From contig DIHE01000126.1 in assembly GCA_002420005.1 (NCBI GenBank), forward strand, positions 77,536 to 141,535: a stretch of DNA of 64,000 nucleotides, given 5' to 3'. Origin of the DNA: Holophagales bacterium UBA5704 (lineage in GTDB: Bacteria > Acidobacteriota > Thermoanaerobaculia > Multivoradales > UBA5704). This document shows positions 54,443-64,000 of this stretch, in pieces. Numbering within the stretch: position 1 is the first letter of the stretch; every line of letters starts with the position of its first letter. Under the pieces are notes generated by a model. The model ran no database searches. It was not told where the DNA came from and saw only the letters and a program-made list of their open reading frames with translations. The position numbers and the translations under genes were made by a program.

Positions 54443-57400
54443 ATGAGGCCCATCCCTCGGAGCTTCCTAGGCCTGGCCACCGGACTGGCGCTCGCCGCGA
54501 GCGTACCGGCCGCCGCCCAGGTCGAGATCGACTCGTCCACCTTCGGCGGGCTTGAAGCCCGCTCCATCGGTCCCGCGGTCATGAGCGGCCGCATCGCCGC
54601 CATCGACGGCGTGGCGAAGGATCCCCTCACCTTCTATGTCGGCGCGGCCGGCGGTGGCGTCTGGAAATCCACCGACGGTGGCACCACGTTCAAGTCGGTC
54701 TTCGAGGACCACGCGCAGTCGATCGGTGCCGTCCGGATCGATCCGCGCCAGCCCAGGAACGTCTGGGTGGGTACCGGCGAGTCGTGGACGCGCAACAGCG
54801 TCTCGATCGGCGACGGGGTCTACCGCAGCACGGACGGCGGCGAGACCTGGACCCATCTGGGACTCGAAAAGACCGAGCGCATCGCCCGCATCCAGGTCAG
54901 CTCGGCGAGCTCCGACACCGCCTGGGTGTGTGCCACCGGCCCGCTGTGGAGCGCCGGTGAGGACCGCGGTGTCTACAAGACCACGGACGGCGGCAAGACC
55001 TGGAAGCGCGTCCTCTATGTCGATGCGGACACCGGCTGCTCCGATCTCGACATCGATCCGCAGGAGCCGAAGATCCTCTATGCCGGCTTCTGGACCTTCC
55101 GCCGCGGCCCGAGCGAGTTCCGCTCCGGCGGCAAAGGCAGCAGCCTTTGGAAGAGCACGGACGGCGGCGAGACCTGGCGCAAGATCGAGAAGGGGCTGCC
55201 GGCCGGTGACAAAGGGCGGATCGCCCTCGCCGTGGCGCCGTCGCGCACCAGTGTGGTCTATGCCTTGGTGGAGTCCAAGGACACCGCCCTCTATCGCTCC
55301 GAGGATCTCGGGGAGAGCTGGGAGCGGGTCAACAGCTCGTTCAACGTGCAGGCGCGGCCGTTCTACTTCGCCCACGTGGTGGTCGATCCCACCGATCACA
55401 ACCGGGTCTACAAGCCGGGTCTGACTCTCACGATGAGCGAGGACGGCGGGCGCAACTTCAACAGCTCGATGATCCCCAGCTTCGCCGGGCCGCACGCCGA
55501 TCATCACGCGCTGTGGATCAATCCCCACAACCCGTACGAGATGATCCTCGGCACGGACGGCGGCGCCTATATCAGCCAGGACCGCGGCAACCGCTGGCGG
55601 CACGTGAAGTCGCTGCCGATCTCGCAGTTCTACCGGGTGAGCGCCGACATGGCCTACCCCTACAACGTCCAAGGCGGCCTCCAGGACAACGGGTCCTGGC
55701 GCGGCCCTTCGCGCGGCAGCCGGGGGATCCAGAACCGCGACTGGCAGAACATCGGCACGGGTGATGGTTTCTATGCCTTCCGCGACCCGCTCGACGAGGA
55801 CCTGGTCTACTCCGAATACCAGGGCGGCCAGGTTTCGCGCCTGCGCCTGTCCACCGGGGAGAGCCGCGACATCAAGCCGCTGGAAGCCGCGGGGGATCCG
55901 CCCTACCGGTTCAACTGGAACACGCCGATCCACCTGAGCCCGAACGATCCGGGGACGATGTACATCGGCGCCCAGTTCCTCTTCCGTACGCGGGACCGCG
56001 GCGAGTCCTGGGAGAAGATCTCGCCGGACCTCTCGACCAACAACCCGGCGTTGCAGCGCCAGCTCCAGTCCGGCGGCCTGACGGTGGACAACTCGGATGC
56101 CGAGAATCACACCACGATCTATGCGATCAGCGAGTCGCCGAAGAATCGCGACGTGATCTGGGCCGGCACGGACGACGGCAATCTCCAGGTGACGCGCGAC
56201 GGCGGCAAGACCTGGACGAACGTGGCGGCGAACCTGGCCGGTGTCCCGAAAGGCACCTGGGTCTCCAGTGTCGACGCCAGCCCGCACGACGAAGCGACGG
56301 CCTTCGCCACCCTCGACGGACACACCCGCGGAGACATGAAGACCTACGTCTTCAAGACCACCGACTTCGGCAAGACCTGGACGGCTCTCGCCACCACGGC
56401 GACCGAGGGCTACGCGCACATCGTCCGCCAGGACCCCGAGCATCCCGGCCTGCTCTTCCTGGGCACCGAGCTCGGCCTGTTCATCTCGGTCGATGGCGGC
56501 GTGCGCTGGGCGCGGTTCACCGGCGGTTTCCCGGACAAGGTGGCGGTGCGCGACCTCGCCCTCCATCCCCGCGACCACGACCTGGTGATCGCCACACACG
56601 GCCGCGGCATCTACATCGTGGACGACATCTCGCCGCTGCGCCATCTCACCGCGGAGGTGATGGAGCAGGAGGTCGCGTTCCTGCCGTCGCGCCCGGCGGT
56701 GATGATCATCCCCAATTCGATCCAGGATTTCCCGGGGGATGACGAGTTCGTCGGCACCAATCCGGACGAGTCCGCCACGATCACCTACTGGCTCAAGAAG
56801 CGCCACCTGATCGGCGACCTCAAGCTGGAGGTCTATGACAGCCAGGGCACCCTGGTGGCCACCCTGCCGGGCGGCAAGCGCAAGGGCATCAACCGGGTCG
56901 CCTGGCCGATGCGCCTCGCGGCGCCCACCATGCCCGGCGGCAACTCCGTGATCCTGACGGGCAACGCCTTCTTCGGGCCGCGCTCGCCGCTCGGCACGTA
57001 TGCGGTGAAGCTGATCAAGGGAAACCAGACCTTGCAGAGCCAGGTCATGCTGGTTCCCGATCCGCGGTCGACCCATACCGCCGAGGACCGGGCGTTGCAG
57101 AACCAGACGGTGATGACCCTCTACCGCCTGTTCGAGCGGCTCGCCTGGGCGGATGCCGCCGCCGTCGGCGTCCGCGACGAGCTGCGGCAGCGCGCGGCGG
57201 GCCTGCCCAGGGGGGACAAGCTGCGGGCGCCGATCGACAAGCTGGCGGGGGACCTGGATCGCTTCCATGCCGAGCTGGTGGCCACCGGCGAAGGCGGCTG
57301 GATGTCCGGCGAGGAGCAGCTGCGCGAGCGCCTCGGCGGTGTCTACGGCGGAGTCAACGACTATGACGGCCGCCCGACGCAGTCGCAGCTCGACAAGACG

Positions 57401-57547
57401 AAAGGCCTGGTGGAGGAGCTCGATCAAGTCGCCGCACGGCTCGCAGCGGTCGAGAAGGGCGAGCTGGCCGCGATCAACCGGACGCTCACCGCACGCGGGC
57501 TCGCGCCGGTGAAGCTGCCGTCGTTCGAGGAGTGGAAGAAGAAGTAG
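54443..57547 (+). CDS. secreted BNR/Asp-box repeat protein (sortilin/VPS10-like double beta-propeller)
   Basis: At least 8 Asp-boxes (KSTDGGTTF, RSTDGGETW, KTTDGGKTW, …VTRDGGKTW) after a signal peptide. Confidence 0.75.
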   Translation: MRPIPRSFLGLATGLALAASVPAAAQVEIDSSTFGGLEARSIGPAVMSGRIAAIDGVAKDPLTFYVGAAGGGVWKSTDGGTTFKSVFEDHAQSIGAVRIDPRQPRNVWVGTGESWTRNSVSIGDGVYRSTDGGETWTHLGLEKTERIARIQVSSASSDTAWVCATGPLWSAGEDRGVYKTTDGGKTWKRVLYVDADTGCSDLDIDPQEPKILYAGFWTFRRGPSEFRSGGKGSSLWKSTDGGETWRKIEKGLPAGDKGRIALAVAPSRTSVVYALVESKDTALYRSEDLGESWERVNSSFNVQARPFYFAHVVVDPTDHNRVYKPGLTLTMSEDGGRNFNSSMIPSFAGPHADHHALWINPHNPYEMILGTDGGAYISQDRGNRWRHVKSLPISQFYRVSADMAYPYNVQGGLQDNGSWRGPSRGSRGIQNRDWQNIGTGDGFYAFRDPLDEDLVYSEYQGGQVSRLRLSTGESRDIKPLEAAGDPPYRFNWNTPIHLSPNDPGTMYIGAQFLFRTRDRGESWEKISPDLSTNNPALQRQLQSGGLTVDNSDAENHTTIYAISESPKNRDVIWAGTDDGNLQVTRDGGKTWTNVAANLAGVPKGTWVSSVDASPHDEATAFATLDGHTRGDMKTYVFKTTDFGKTWTALATTATEGYAHIVRQDPEHPGLLFLGTELGLFISVDGGVRWARFTGGFPDKVAVRDLALHPRDHDLVIATHGRGIYIVDDISPLRHLTAEVMEQEVAFLPSRPAVMIIPNSIQDFPGDDEFVGTNPDESATITYWLKKRHLIGDLKLEVYDSQGTLVATLPGGKRKGINRVAWPMRLAAPTMPGGNSVILTGNAFFGPRSPLGTYAVKLIKGNQTLQSQVMLVPDPRSTHTAEDRALQNQTVMTLYRLFERLAWADAAAVGVRDELRQRAAGLPRGDKLRAPIDKLAGDLDRFHAELVATGEGGWMSGEEQLRERLGGVYGGVNDYDGRPTQSQLDKTKGLVEELDQVAARLAAVEKGELAAINRTLTARGLAPVKLPSFEEWKKK

Positions 57548-57568
57548 GCTCGATCCGAGGTCGACGAC

Positions 57569-58465
57569 ATGGCGGGGTTCGATGCAGCACGGCGGGCGGC
57601 TCTGGTGTCCGACCTGCTCGCCCTCGTCGGCGGCCGGCCGGCGGACCTGCTCCCGTTCGAGCCGGTGCGCCGGAGCCTCCAACTGCGCCATCTCGTCGAC
57701 CGCGGCCTGCACCAGGTCCCTCTCGACCGCATCGTCGGCAGCCTCGACCGGGCCGGCGAGTTCAACCGGGTCTTCCTCCCCCGGGAGGAAGCGCTGCGCG
57801 AGCGCTGGGAGGAGATCAAGGAACTGGCGGAAGGCCCCCGTGGCTTTCCGCCGGTCGAGCTCTATCAGGTCGGCCAGGTCTATTTCGTGGTCGACGGCCA
57901 CCACCGCATCTCCGTCGCCCGTTCCCTCGACGCCCCTTCGATCGAGGCACACGTCCTCGAATTCCTCACCCCCCTCCCCCTGGGACCGGAAGACGCGCTC
58001 GACGACGTCCTCCGGCAGCACGGCCGGGCCGAATTTCTCGACCTGACCGGCCTGGTCCCGGAGACCCCGGGCGACTATCGCGTCAGCGGGCCGGACGGCT
58101 ACCGCCGTTTGCTCGACCACATCCGCGTCCATGGATACTACCGGGGGATCGAAGAAGGCCGTGACGTCCCCTGGGACGAGGAGGTCGCCTCCTGGCGGGA
58201 CACGGTCTACCGGCCGATGCGGGAGACGATCCGACGGAGCGGTCTCCTGGAGGAATTTCCCCATCGCACCGAGACCGACGTCTACCTCTTTTTCATGGAT
58301 CACCTCCACCACCTGCGGCAGGTTTACGGCGACCCCCATCTCTCCCCGGATGCCGCGGTCGAGGACTTTGAAGAGCTGCAGAGACAGGCGCGGAAGACCC
58401 GGCGGCGGCGGCGCATGCGGCGCTGGTTCTCCGGCGGCCGGTCGGACCCGGACGCTGCGGGATAG
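57569..58465 (+). CDS. ParB/sulfiredoxin-fold domain protein (orphan)
   Basis: YFVVDGHHRISVAR matches the ParB-like nuclease-domain DGHHR motif. I do not recognise the C-terminal half. Confidence 0.45.
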   Translation: MAGFDAARRAALVSDLLALVGGRPADLLPFEPVRRSLQLRHLVDRGLHQVPLDRIVGSLDRAGEFNRVFLPREEALRERWEEIKELAEGPRGFPPVELYQVGQVYFVVDGHHRISVARSLDAPSIEAHVLEFLTPLPLGPEDALDDVLRQHGRAEFLDLTGLVPETPGDYRVSGPDGYRRLLDHIRVHGYYRGIEEGRDVPWDEEVASWRDTVYRPMRETIRRSGLLEEFPHRTETDVYLFFMDHLHHLRQVYGDPHLSPDAAVEDFEELQRQARKTRRRRRMRRWFSGGRSDPDAAG

Positions 58466-58495
58466 GATCGATTCTCGACGAGAGGAGGGAGCCGC

Positions 58496-59191
58496 ATGGA
58501 CAGAGTCGCCGTCGTCACCGGAGCTTCGCGCGGGCTGGGTGCCACGTTCGCACGTGTGCTGGCCGAGGAGGGATGCGCGGTCGCCCTGGGAGCGCGCGAT
58601 GGCGCGGCGCTCGACCGGCTGGCGGCGGAGCTGCCCGGCGCCGCCTTCGCCCATCCGCTCGACGTGAGCGAACCCGCCAGCATCGAGGCGTTCCGCCGGG
58701 CGGTGGTCGGCCGCTACGGGCGCCTTGACACGCTCATCAACAACGCCGGCGTCGGGACGTTCAAGCGCCTGGACGAGCAGAGCTGGGAGGACTGGGAGCG
58801 CACCTTCCGGGTGAACGTCTTCGGCGCCTGGGCGACGACCATGGCCTTCCTGCCGCAGCTCAAGGAGAGCCGGGGCCTGGTGCTCATGGTCTCCTCGGAC
58901 GTCTCGGTGCGCACCTTCCCGGGCGGCGGCTCCTACACCGCCTCCAAGTTCGCCCTGCGCGCCCTCACCCGTACTCTGCAGCAGGAAAATCCGGACCTGC
59001 GGGTCCTGGAGCTGCGCCCCGGAGCCGTCGACACCTGGTTCGCCGGCTCCACCCCCGGCGCCCCGGGCAAGGACTGGTTCCTCCAGCCTGAAGTGGTCGC
59101 AGAAGCCGTCCGCTTCGCCCTGCGCCTCCCCCCCGGCGCGCGGGTCGAGGAGATCGTGCTGCGCAGCGCGGCGCAGACGCCGGAGTACTGA
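58496..59191 (+). CDS. SDR-family oxidoreductase
   Basis: [13 protein letters not shown] and YTASK motifs. Confidence 0.85.
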   Translation: MDRVAVVTGASRGLGATFARVLAEEGCAVALGARDGAALDRLAAELPGAAFAHPLDVSEPASIEAFRRAVVGRYGRLDTLINNAGVGTFKRLDEQSWEDWERTFRVNVFGAWATTMAFLPQLKESRGLVLMVSSDVSVRTFPGGGSYTASKFALRALTRTLQQENPDLRVLELRPGAVDTWFAGSTPGAPGKDWFLQPEVVAEAVRFALRLPPGARVEEIVLRSAAQTPEY

Positions 59192-59235
59192 TCGGCCTCG
59201 CATACAATCACAGGCGCTTCCGACGAGGAGGATTC

Positions 59236-59697
59236 ATGAAGCTGCAAGTGAACGGCAAGGAACACGAGGTCTCGGTCCCCGACGACATGCCGCTGCTCTG
59301 GGTGCTGCGCGACGTGCTCGGGTTGACCGGGACGAAGTACGGCTGTGGCATGGCCCAGTGCGGTGCCTGCACGGTCCATCTGGACGGCGAGCCGGTGCGG
59401 TCCTGCGTGCTGCCGGTGGCGACCGCGGCCGGCAGCCGGATCACCACGATCGAAGGCATCGACCCTGCGGGCGGGCATCCCGTCCAGAAGGCCTGGGCGG
59501 AGCTCGACGTGGTGCAATGCGGCTACTGCCAGTCCGGCCAGATCATGACGGCGGTCGCCCTGCTCAAACAGAATCCCAAGCCCTCCGACGGCGACATCGA
59601 CCTGGCGCTCGGCGGCAACATCTGCCGGTGCGGCACCTACCAGCGCATCCGCGCGGCCGTCCACCTCGCGGCCGAGATCGCAGGAGGCCGCGCATGA
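59236..59697 (+). CDS. (2Fe-2S)-binding small subunit of a molybdopterin-dependent oxidoreductase (IorA/aldehyde-oxidase type)
   Basis: [12 protein letters not shown] and [10 protein letters not shown]…NICRCGTY motifs. Confidence 0.85.
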   Translation: MKLQVNGKEHEVSVPDDMPLLWVLRDVLGLTGTKYGCGMAQCGACTVHLDGEPVRSCVLPVATAAGSRITTIEGIDPAGGHPVQKAWAELDVVQCGYCQSGQIMTAVALLKQNPKPSDGDIDLALGGNICRCGTYQRIRAAVHLAAEIAGGRA

Positions 59698-61844
59698 GCG
59701 CTCCCGTCTCCCGCCGGACGTTTCTCACCCATTCCGCCCTGGCCGGCGGCGGCCTGCTGATCGGCCTTGCCTTGCCCTCGCCGGTACGCCGGTTGTTCGC
59801 CCAGGAAGGTGGCGGCGCCGCGGCGCCGGCGGTGAAGCCGAACGCCTTCCTCCGCATTGCACCGGACGATACGGTGACCATCTTCCTCAAGCACTCCGAG
59901 ATGGGCCAGGGCATTGCCACCTCGCTTCCGATGGCCGTCGCCGAGGAGCTGGAGTGCGACTGGAGCCGGGTGCGCAGCGAGCATGCACCGGCCCATGCGG
60001 ACTATGGTCACACCGTCTACCGGATGCAGATGACCGGCGGCTCCACGAGCACCTGGGAGTCGTTCGACCAGCTCCGCCTGGCCGGTGCGGCGGCGCGCGA
60101 GATGCTGATCGCCGCGGCGGCGGCCCGGTGGAACGTTCCCGCCGCCGAGTGCCGGGCGGAGAACGGCTTTGTGGTCCACGGCGAGCGCCGGGCGCGGTTC
60201 GGCGAGCTGGCCGCCGCGGCGGCAGCCCTTCCGGTCCCCACTTCACCGAAGCTCAAGGAGCCGAAAGACTGGAAGATCCTCGGCAAGCCCACACACCGGC
60301 TCGACAACCTGGAGAAGATCACCGGCCGTGCGGAGTTCGGCATCGACGTCCAGCGCCCCGGCCTGCTCACCGCCGTCGTCGCGCGGTCTCCCTGGTTCGG
60401 CGGCAAGGTCAAGAGCTTCAAGGCGGCGAAAGCCAAGGAGATCCCCGGAGTGACGGACGTCGTCCAGATCCCGTCGGGCGTCGCGGTCGTGGCGCAGCAC
60501 TTCTGGGCGGCCGTCAAAGGGCGGGAGGCCCTGGAGGTCGAGTGGGAGGCCGGGTCGATGGCCGGCTTCTCCTCCGCCGCGCAGCGCGAGGACTTCGGCA
60601 AGAAGGCGCGCACCCTGGGCGCCGTCGCCGCCTCCAAAGGGGACGCCGAGGCCGCCCTCGCGGGCTCGGCGCGGCAGATCGAGGCCGAGTACAGCCTTCC
60701 TTACCTGTCCCACGCCATGATGGAGCCGCTCAACTGCACGGCCGAGATCCGTCCCGGCGCTTGCGAGATCTGGACCGGCACCCAGTTCCAGACCGGCGAC
60801 CAGGCCGCCGCGGCACAGATCGCCGGGCTCGAGCCGGAGCAGGTGCAGGTTCACACCACCTTCCTGGGCGGCGGCTTCGGCCGCCGGGCCAACCCGCGCT
60901 CCGACTTCGTCGTCGAGGCGGTGCATCTCGCCAAGGCGACCGGCAAGCCGGTCAAGGTCGTCTGGACCCGTGAGGACGACCTGCGCGGCGGCTACTACCG
61001 GCCGTCGTGGGTCAGCCGGATGCGCGCCGGTCTGGACGCCGCGGGGAAGCCGGTGGCGTGGACGCACACGATCGTCGGCCAGTCGATCATGGCGGGAACG
61101 CCGTTCGCCGGCATGATCCAGAACGGCGTCGACGGGACCTCCGTCGAAGGGGCTTCCAACGCGCCCTATCTGGCGGCGATCGGCGACCACCGGGTGGACC
61201 TGCACAGCCCGGAGTCGCCGATTCCGGTCCTCTGGTGGCGCTCGGTGGGCCATTCACACACCGCCTTCGTCGTCGAAAGCTTCATCGACGAGCTGGCACA
61301 CGCCGCCCAGAAGGACCCGCTCGCCTTCCGCCGCGAGCTCCTGCCGGCGGATTCCCGGCACCGCCGGCTGCTCGACACCGTGGCCACCGCCTTCGGCTGG
61401 GGCAAACCGCTGCCGCCGGGGCATGGCGCCGGCCTTGCGGTCCACGAGTCGTTCGGCAGCGTTGTCGCACAGGCGGCGGAGGTCTCGGTCGAGCAGGGCT
61501 CGATCCGCGTCCACCGCGTGGTTTGTGCCATCGATTGCGGCCCGGTGGTCAACCCGGACGGCGTGGAGGCGCAGATGCAGTCCGGCATCGTCTACGGCCT
61601 GTCGGCCGCCCTGTACGGAGAGATCACCTTCCGCGACGGGCGGGTCGAGCAGTCCAACTTCCACGACTACCAGGTCCTGCGCCTCCCCGAGATGCCGAAG
61701 ATCGAGGTGCACATCGCCCAAAGCAAGGACAAGATGGGAGGAGCCGGCGAGCCGGGCACGCCGCCGATCGCTCCCGCCGTCGCCAACGCCCTCTTCGCAG
61801 CGACCGGCAAGCGCCTGCGGAGCCTGCCGCTGCGGTTGGAGTAA
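59694..61844 (+). CDS. molybdopterin-binding large subunit (IorB/aldehyde-oxidase type) with a Tat signal
   Basis: [17 protein letters not shown] twin-arginine leader, 716 aa, with GGGFGRR and [15 protein letters not shown] motifs. ATGA overlap with the small subunit. Confidence 0.8.
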   Translation: MSAPVSRRTFLTHSALAGGGLLIGLALPSPVRRLFAQEGGGAAAPAVKPNAFLRIAPDDTVTIFLKHSEMGQGIATSLPMAVAEELECDWSRVRSEHAPAHADYGHTVYRMQMTGGSTSTWESFDQLRLAGAAAREMLIAAAAARWNVPAAECRAENGFVVHGERRARFGELAAAAAALPVPTSPKLKEPKDWKILGKPTHRLDNLEKITGRAEFGIDVQRPGLLTAVVARSPWFGGKVKSFKAAKAKEIPGVTDVVQIPSGVAVVAQHFWAAVKGREALEVEWEAGSMAGFSSAAQREDFGKKARTLGAVAASKGDAEAALAGSARQIEAEYSLPYLSHAMMEPLNCTAEIRPGACEIWTGTQFQTGDQAAAAQIAGLEPEQVQVHTTFLGGGFGRRANPRSDFVVEAVHLAKATGKPVKVVWTREDDLRGGYYRPSWVSRMRAGLDAAGKPVAWTHTIVGQSIMAGTPFAGMIQNGVDGTSVEGASNAPYLAAIGDHRVDLHSPESPIPVLWWRSVGHSHTAFVVESFIDELAHAAQKDPLAFRRELLPADSRHRRLLDTVATAFGWGKPLPPGHGAGLAVHESFGSVVAQAAEVSVEQGSIRVHRVVCAIDCGPVVNPDGVEAQMQSGIVYGLSAALYGEITFRDGRVEQSNFHDYQVLRLPEMPKIEVHIAQSKDKMGGAGEPGTPPIAPAVANALFAATGKRLRSLPLRLE

Positions 61845-61853
61845 AGAGCCCCA

Positions 61854-61881
61854 CCGCCGGGCCGGTGCTGCGGCCCGGCGG
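61854..61881 (+). terminator. perfect 11-bp GC hairpin 10 nt after the oxidoreductase stop
   Basis: CCGCCGGGCCG-GTGCTG-CGGCCCGGCGG. There is no U-tract. Confidence 0.5.
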
Positions 61882-61936
61882 CGCCCCGCTTGTCACGGCT
61901 TGGGTGGCGTGGCTACAATGGCCGCGGGAGGTTTCC

Positions 61937-62221
61937 ATGTCCACCGTCAGCACCCGCGTCCTCAAAGACCAGCTCTCCAGCTATTTGCAGCGAGCCGAGG
62001 GCGGTGAGCAGATCGTCGTGCTGCGCGACGGCCGGCCGGTGGCCGCGTTGATCCCTCTGGCCCAGCTCCGGGAGATGACCGAGCTGCAGCGGCTGACCGA
62101 TCTGGAGGCGCGCGGCCTCGTGGCGCTTCCCCGGCGGGGCGAGCGCGCCGCGTTCCAGGGACCATCCATCCCCCACCGGGGCAAGTTGGCCTCCGACATG
62201 GTCCGCGAAGACCGGCGTTGA
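61937..62221 (+). CDS. type II antitoxin, Phd/YefM family
   Basis: MSTVSTRVLKDQLSSYLQRAEGGEQIVVLRDGRPVAALIPL. Confidence 0.75.
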   Translation: MSTVSTRVLKDQLSSYLQRAEGGEQIVVLRDGRPVAALIPLAQLREMTELQRLTDLEARGLVALPRRGERAAFQGPSIPHRGKLASDMVREDRR

Positions 62222-62655
62222 TCCTCTTCCTCGACACCAGTGCGCTGGTCAAGCTCTACATCGCGGAGCCCGGCTCGGAGCGAATGCGAAGCGTCGTGGC
62301 CCTGGGGGAGCCCATGGCCGCCTCGGTTCTCGCCTTCGCTGAGATTCACGCAACGTTAGCGCGCCGCCGGCGCGAGGCGCTCCTGCGGCCTCCGGAGCTC
62401 GCGCAGCTCCAGCAAGCCTTCGCCCTCGATTGGGAGGAGCTCACCCAGGTCTCGGCCAGCCTTGCGGTGCTCCAACTCGTGCCGGGCCTTTGCGCGCGCC
62501 ACCCTCTCCGGGGGGCCGACGCCGTCCATCTCGCGAGCGCCCTTCTCCTCCACCAGGAAGGGCTCCGAGTCACCTTCGCCTGCTCCGACCGCGACCTCGT
62601 GGGCGCTGCCGCCGCGGAAGGTCTGCTCACCTTCGATCCAGTTGCTTCGGCCTGA
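62218..62655 (+). CDS. vapC: type II toxin VapC (PIN domain)
   Basis: (TTG)ILFLDTSALVKL…D…HLASAL…SDRDL carries the PIN acidic residues. It overlaps the antitoxin stop by 4 nt. Confidence 0.75.
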   Translation: MILFLDTSALVKLYIAEPGSERMRSVVALGEPMAASVLAFAEIHATLARRRREALLRPPELAQLQQAFALDWEELTQVSASLAVLQLVPGLCARHPLRGADAVHLASALLLHQEGLRVTFACSDRDLVGAAAAEGLLTFDPVASA

Positions 62656-62836
62656 GCACCGAGCCGCTGCCGCACGGCCTCGCCGCCTGGATGGCCCGCT
62701 GAAGATTCAGAGATGCGATGTCCTCCACGTCCACCGGGAGGAGGTCCTGGCGCCTCGCCCCCCGCACCTCCGCGATTCTCGCCAGGCAGCGGTCGATGGT
62801 GGCGATCTTCGCCAGGACCCGGTCGCGGTCGATCAT
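62627..62836 (-). pseudogene. probable remnant of a DUF86/HepT-type toxin gene (N-terminal about 50 aa only)
   Basis: MIDRDRVLAKIATIDRCLARIAEVRGARRQDLLPVDVEDIASLNLQRAIQA resembles the first helices of HepT. The C-terminal Rx4HxY region is absent, the tail overlaps vapC, and there is no cognate MNT gene. Confidence 0.3.
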
Positions 62837-62916
62837 CCGCGCATCCTGCGGAAGAGGGCGGGCACCATCGTAACAGACCGGCCGGGAGGCGCCCTTGCCT
62901 CCCGGCCGGTTCCGGT

Positions 62917-64000
62917 TCAACGGTGCAGGGTGACCGTCGAGGTCCTCGCCTCGGCGCCGGCGTGGACGGTCGCCGGGACGGGGAGGGTCTTCGGGGCCGC
63001 CTTCGCCGGGGCCAACGCCTGCTTCAGGACCCGGAAGAGGACCCGCGGACGGAACAGCGACTCGGGGCCCTTGATCATGTGGTTGACCTCCTGAAAGGCC
63101 AGGAAGACCTCCGGGCTCTGCGGAATCAGGCGGATCACCTGGTCGATGTACCAGTGCAGGAGCTTCACCTTGGCGGTGATCTCGCCGCCCTGGGTGGCCG
63201 GCCAGCGCAGGTCCTCGCCGGTGGTGAGCGCCCAGGGGGCGGTCACCAGCTTGCCGACGGCTTTCTGGAAGGCCAGGGGATCGAGCGTCCGGCCCCCGTC
63301 GCTGGTGCGCAGACAGCGGGCCAGCTCTTCGACCTCCAGGCCGGTCAGCGTCATGCCGAGGCCGTAGACCGGGTTGAATGCGCAGACCGAGTCTCCGAGC
63401 GCCACGAAGCCCTGCGGCAACCGGGAGAGCCGGTCGTACTGGCGCAGCCGGTTCGAGGTCCGGCGGTAGCCCCAGATCCGGGTCAACGGCTTGGCCTGGG
63501 AGATCGCGTTGTACAGGTCCGGGGCCGACAGGCTGCGGGCGAAATTCAGGAAGCCCTCGTCATCGGTCGGCGGATAGTCGTGCATCACTCCGGCGAGAGA
63601 GACCAGCCACCGTCCTCCCTCGATCGGCTGGATGATCCCGGCGCGCGGCTGGTACGGAGGCCGGTTCATCACCAGAAGGGTCTGCCAATCCTTCGCGATG
63701 TGGGCAGGCGGCTGGTAGATGCGGGTCGCATAGCCCCAGAAGGCGTCGACCTCGGCCTCTTCCGGGGCCGCGTAGCCCAGGCTTTCGAGCCATTGCGGAG
63801 CCGGCGACGTCCGGCCGGAGCTGTCCACCACCAGCTCGGCCTGGAGGATCTGCTCCTCGCTCTCCCCCTCACCCCGGCGGCGCGGCACGATGCGCACCCC
63901 GGTCACCGCCGAGAGGTCGGCACGGGACGACAGACCGGCGACCTCGAAGCCTTCGACGAAACGAACCTTCGGGTGGGGCAGCAGGTGGCGGCGGATGGTC
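62917..64000 (-). CDS. FAD-dependent monooxygenase/oxidoreductase (5' end outside the window)
   Basis: The GDSVCAFNPVYGLGMT motif is typical of the FAD-monooxygenase C-terminal FAD contact. The frame stays open to base 64000. Confidence 0.6.
   Translation of the reverse strand, partial: TIRRHLLPHPKVRFVEGFEVAGLSSRADLSAVTGVRIVPRRRGEGESEEQILQAELVVDSSGRTSPAPQWLESLGYAAPEEAEVDAFWGYATRIYQPPAHIAKDWQTLLVMNRPPYQPRAGIIQPIEGGRWLVSLAGVMHDYPPTDDEGFLNFARSLSAPDLYNAISQAKPLTRIWGYRRTSNRLRQYDRLSRLPQGFVALGDSVCAFNPVYGLGMTLTGLEVEELARCLRTSDGGRTLDPLAFQKAVGKLVTAPWALTTGEDLRWPATQGGEITAKVKLLHWYIDQVIRLIPQSPEVFLAFQEVNHMIKGPESLFRPRVLFRVLKQALAPAKAAPKTLPVPATVHAGAEARTSTVTLHR

Overview
High-GC (about 70%) bacterial chromosomal segment. 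The TIGR03436-type VWA and GWxTD proteins, the many secreted proteases and the TPR-CHAT protein suggest Acidobacteriota, but this is inference only. All calls come from reading the supplied ORF translations and the DNA by eye; no searches were run.

Gene content:
- Housekeeping: the gap-pgk-tpiA-secG-tRNA-Leu block, tsaD, ychF, mobA, a cyclophilin and a cold-shock protein.
- Envelope, secreted and signalling genes: an ABC exporter, reprolysin-like and S1 proteases, a GGDEF protein, an ECF sigma/anti-sigma pair, TPR-CHAT, two VWA proteins, a PP2C-FHA-FHA/protease-Ser/Thr kinase cluster, and a BNR/sortilin-like protein.
- Metabolism: an AGPS-like flavoenzyme plus GlpD, and a 2Fe-2S plus molybdopterin oxidoreductase pair.
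- Two complete type II toxin-antitoxin pairs.
- I recognised no rRNA, CRISPR array, transposase or integrase.
- Most very long ORFs in the track are antisense or off-frame artefacts of high GC.

Four things deserve a second look:
1. A roughly 5-kb low-GC islet (32.2-37.3 kb) carries a full-length Hsp90/HtpG paralogue fused to a C-terminal TIR/nucleoside-deoxyribosyltransferase-like domain. It sits next to an uncharacterised all-alpha partner and a HigBA-like module. This is a candidate undescribed conflict/defence system.
2. An in-frame UGA lies exactly at the first Cys of the CxxC motif of a DUF3179 protein and is followed by a SECIS-like hairpin. This is a candidate selenoprotein.
3. That gene sits in a four-gene, translationally coupled operon: HipA-like kinase, DUF3037, DUF3179 and a large polytopic membrane protein.
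4. A helically phased array of 13 GCGACA-core motifs (consensus TCTGCGACAAG) occupies the divergent intergenic region between the ABC exporter and an arylamine N-acetyltransferase operon.
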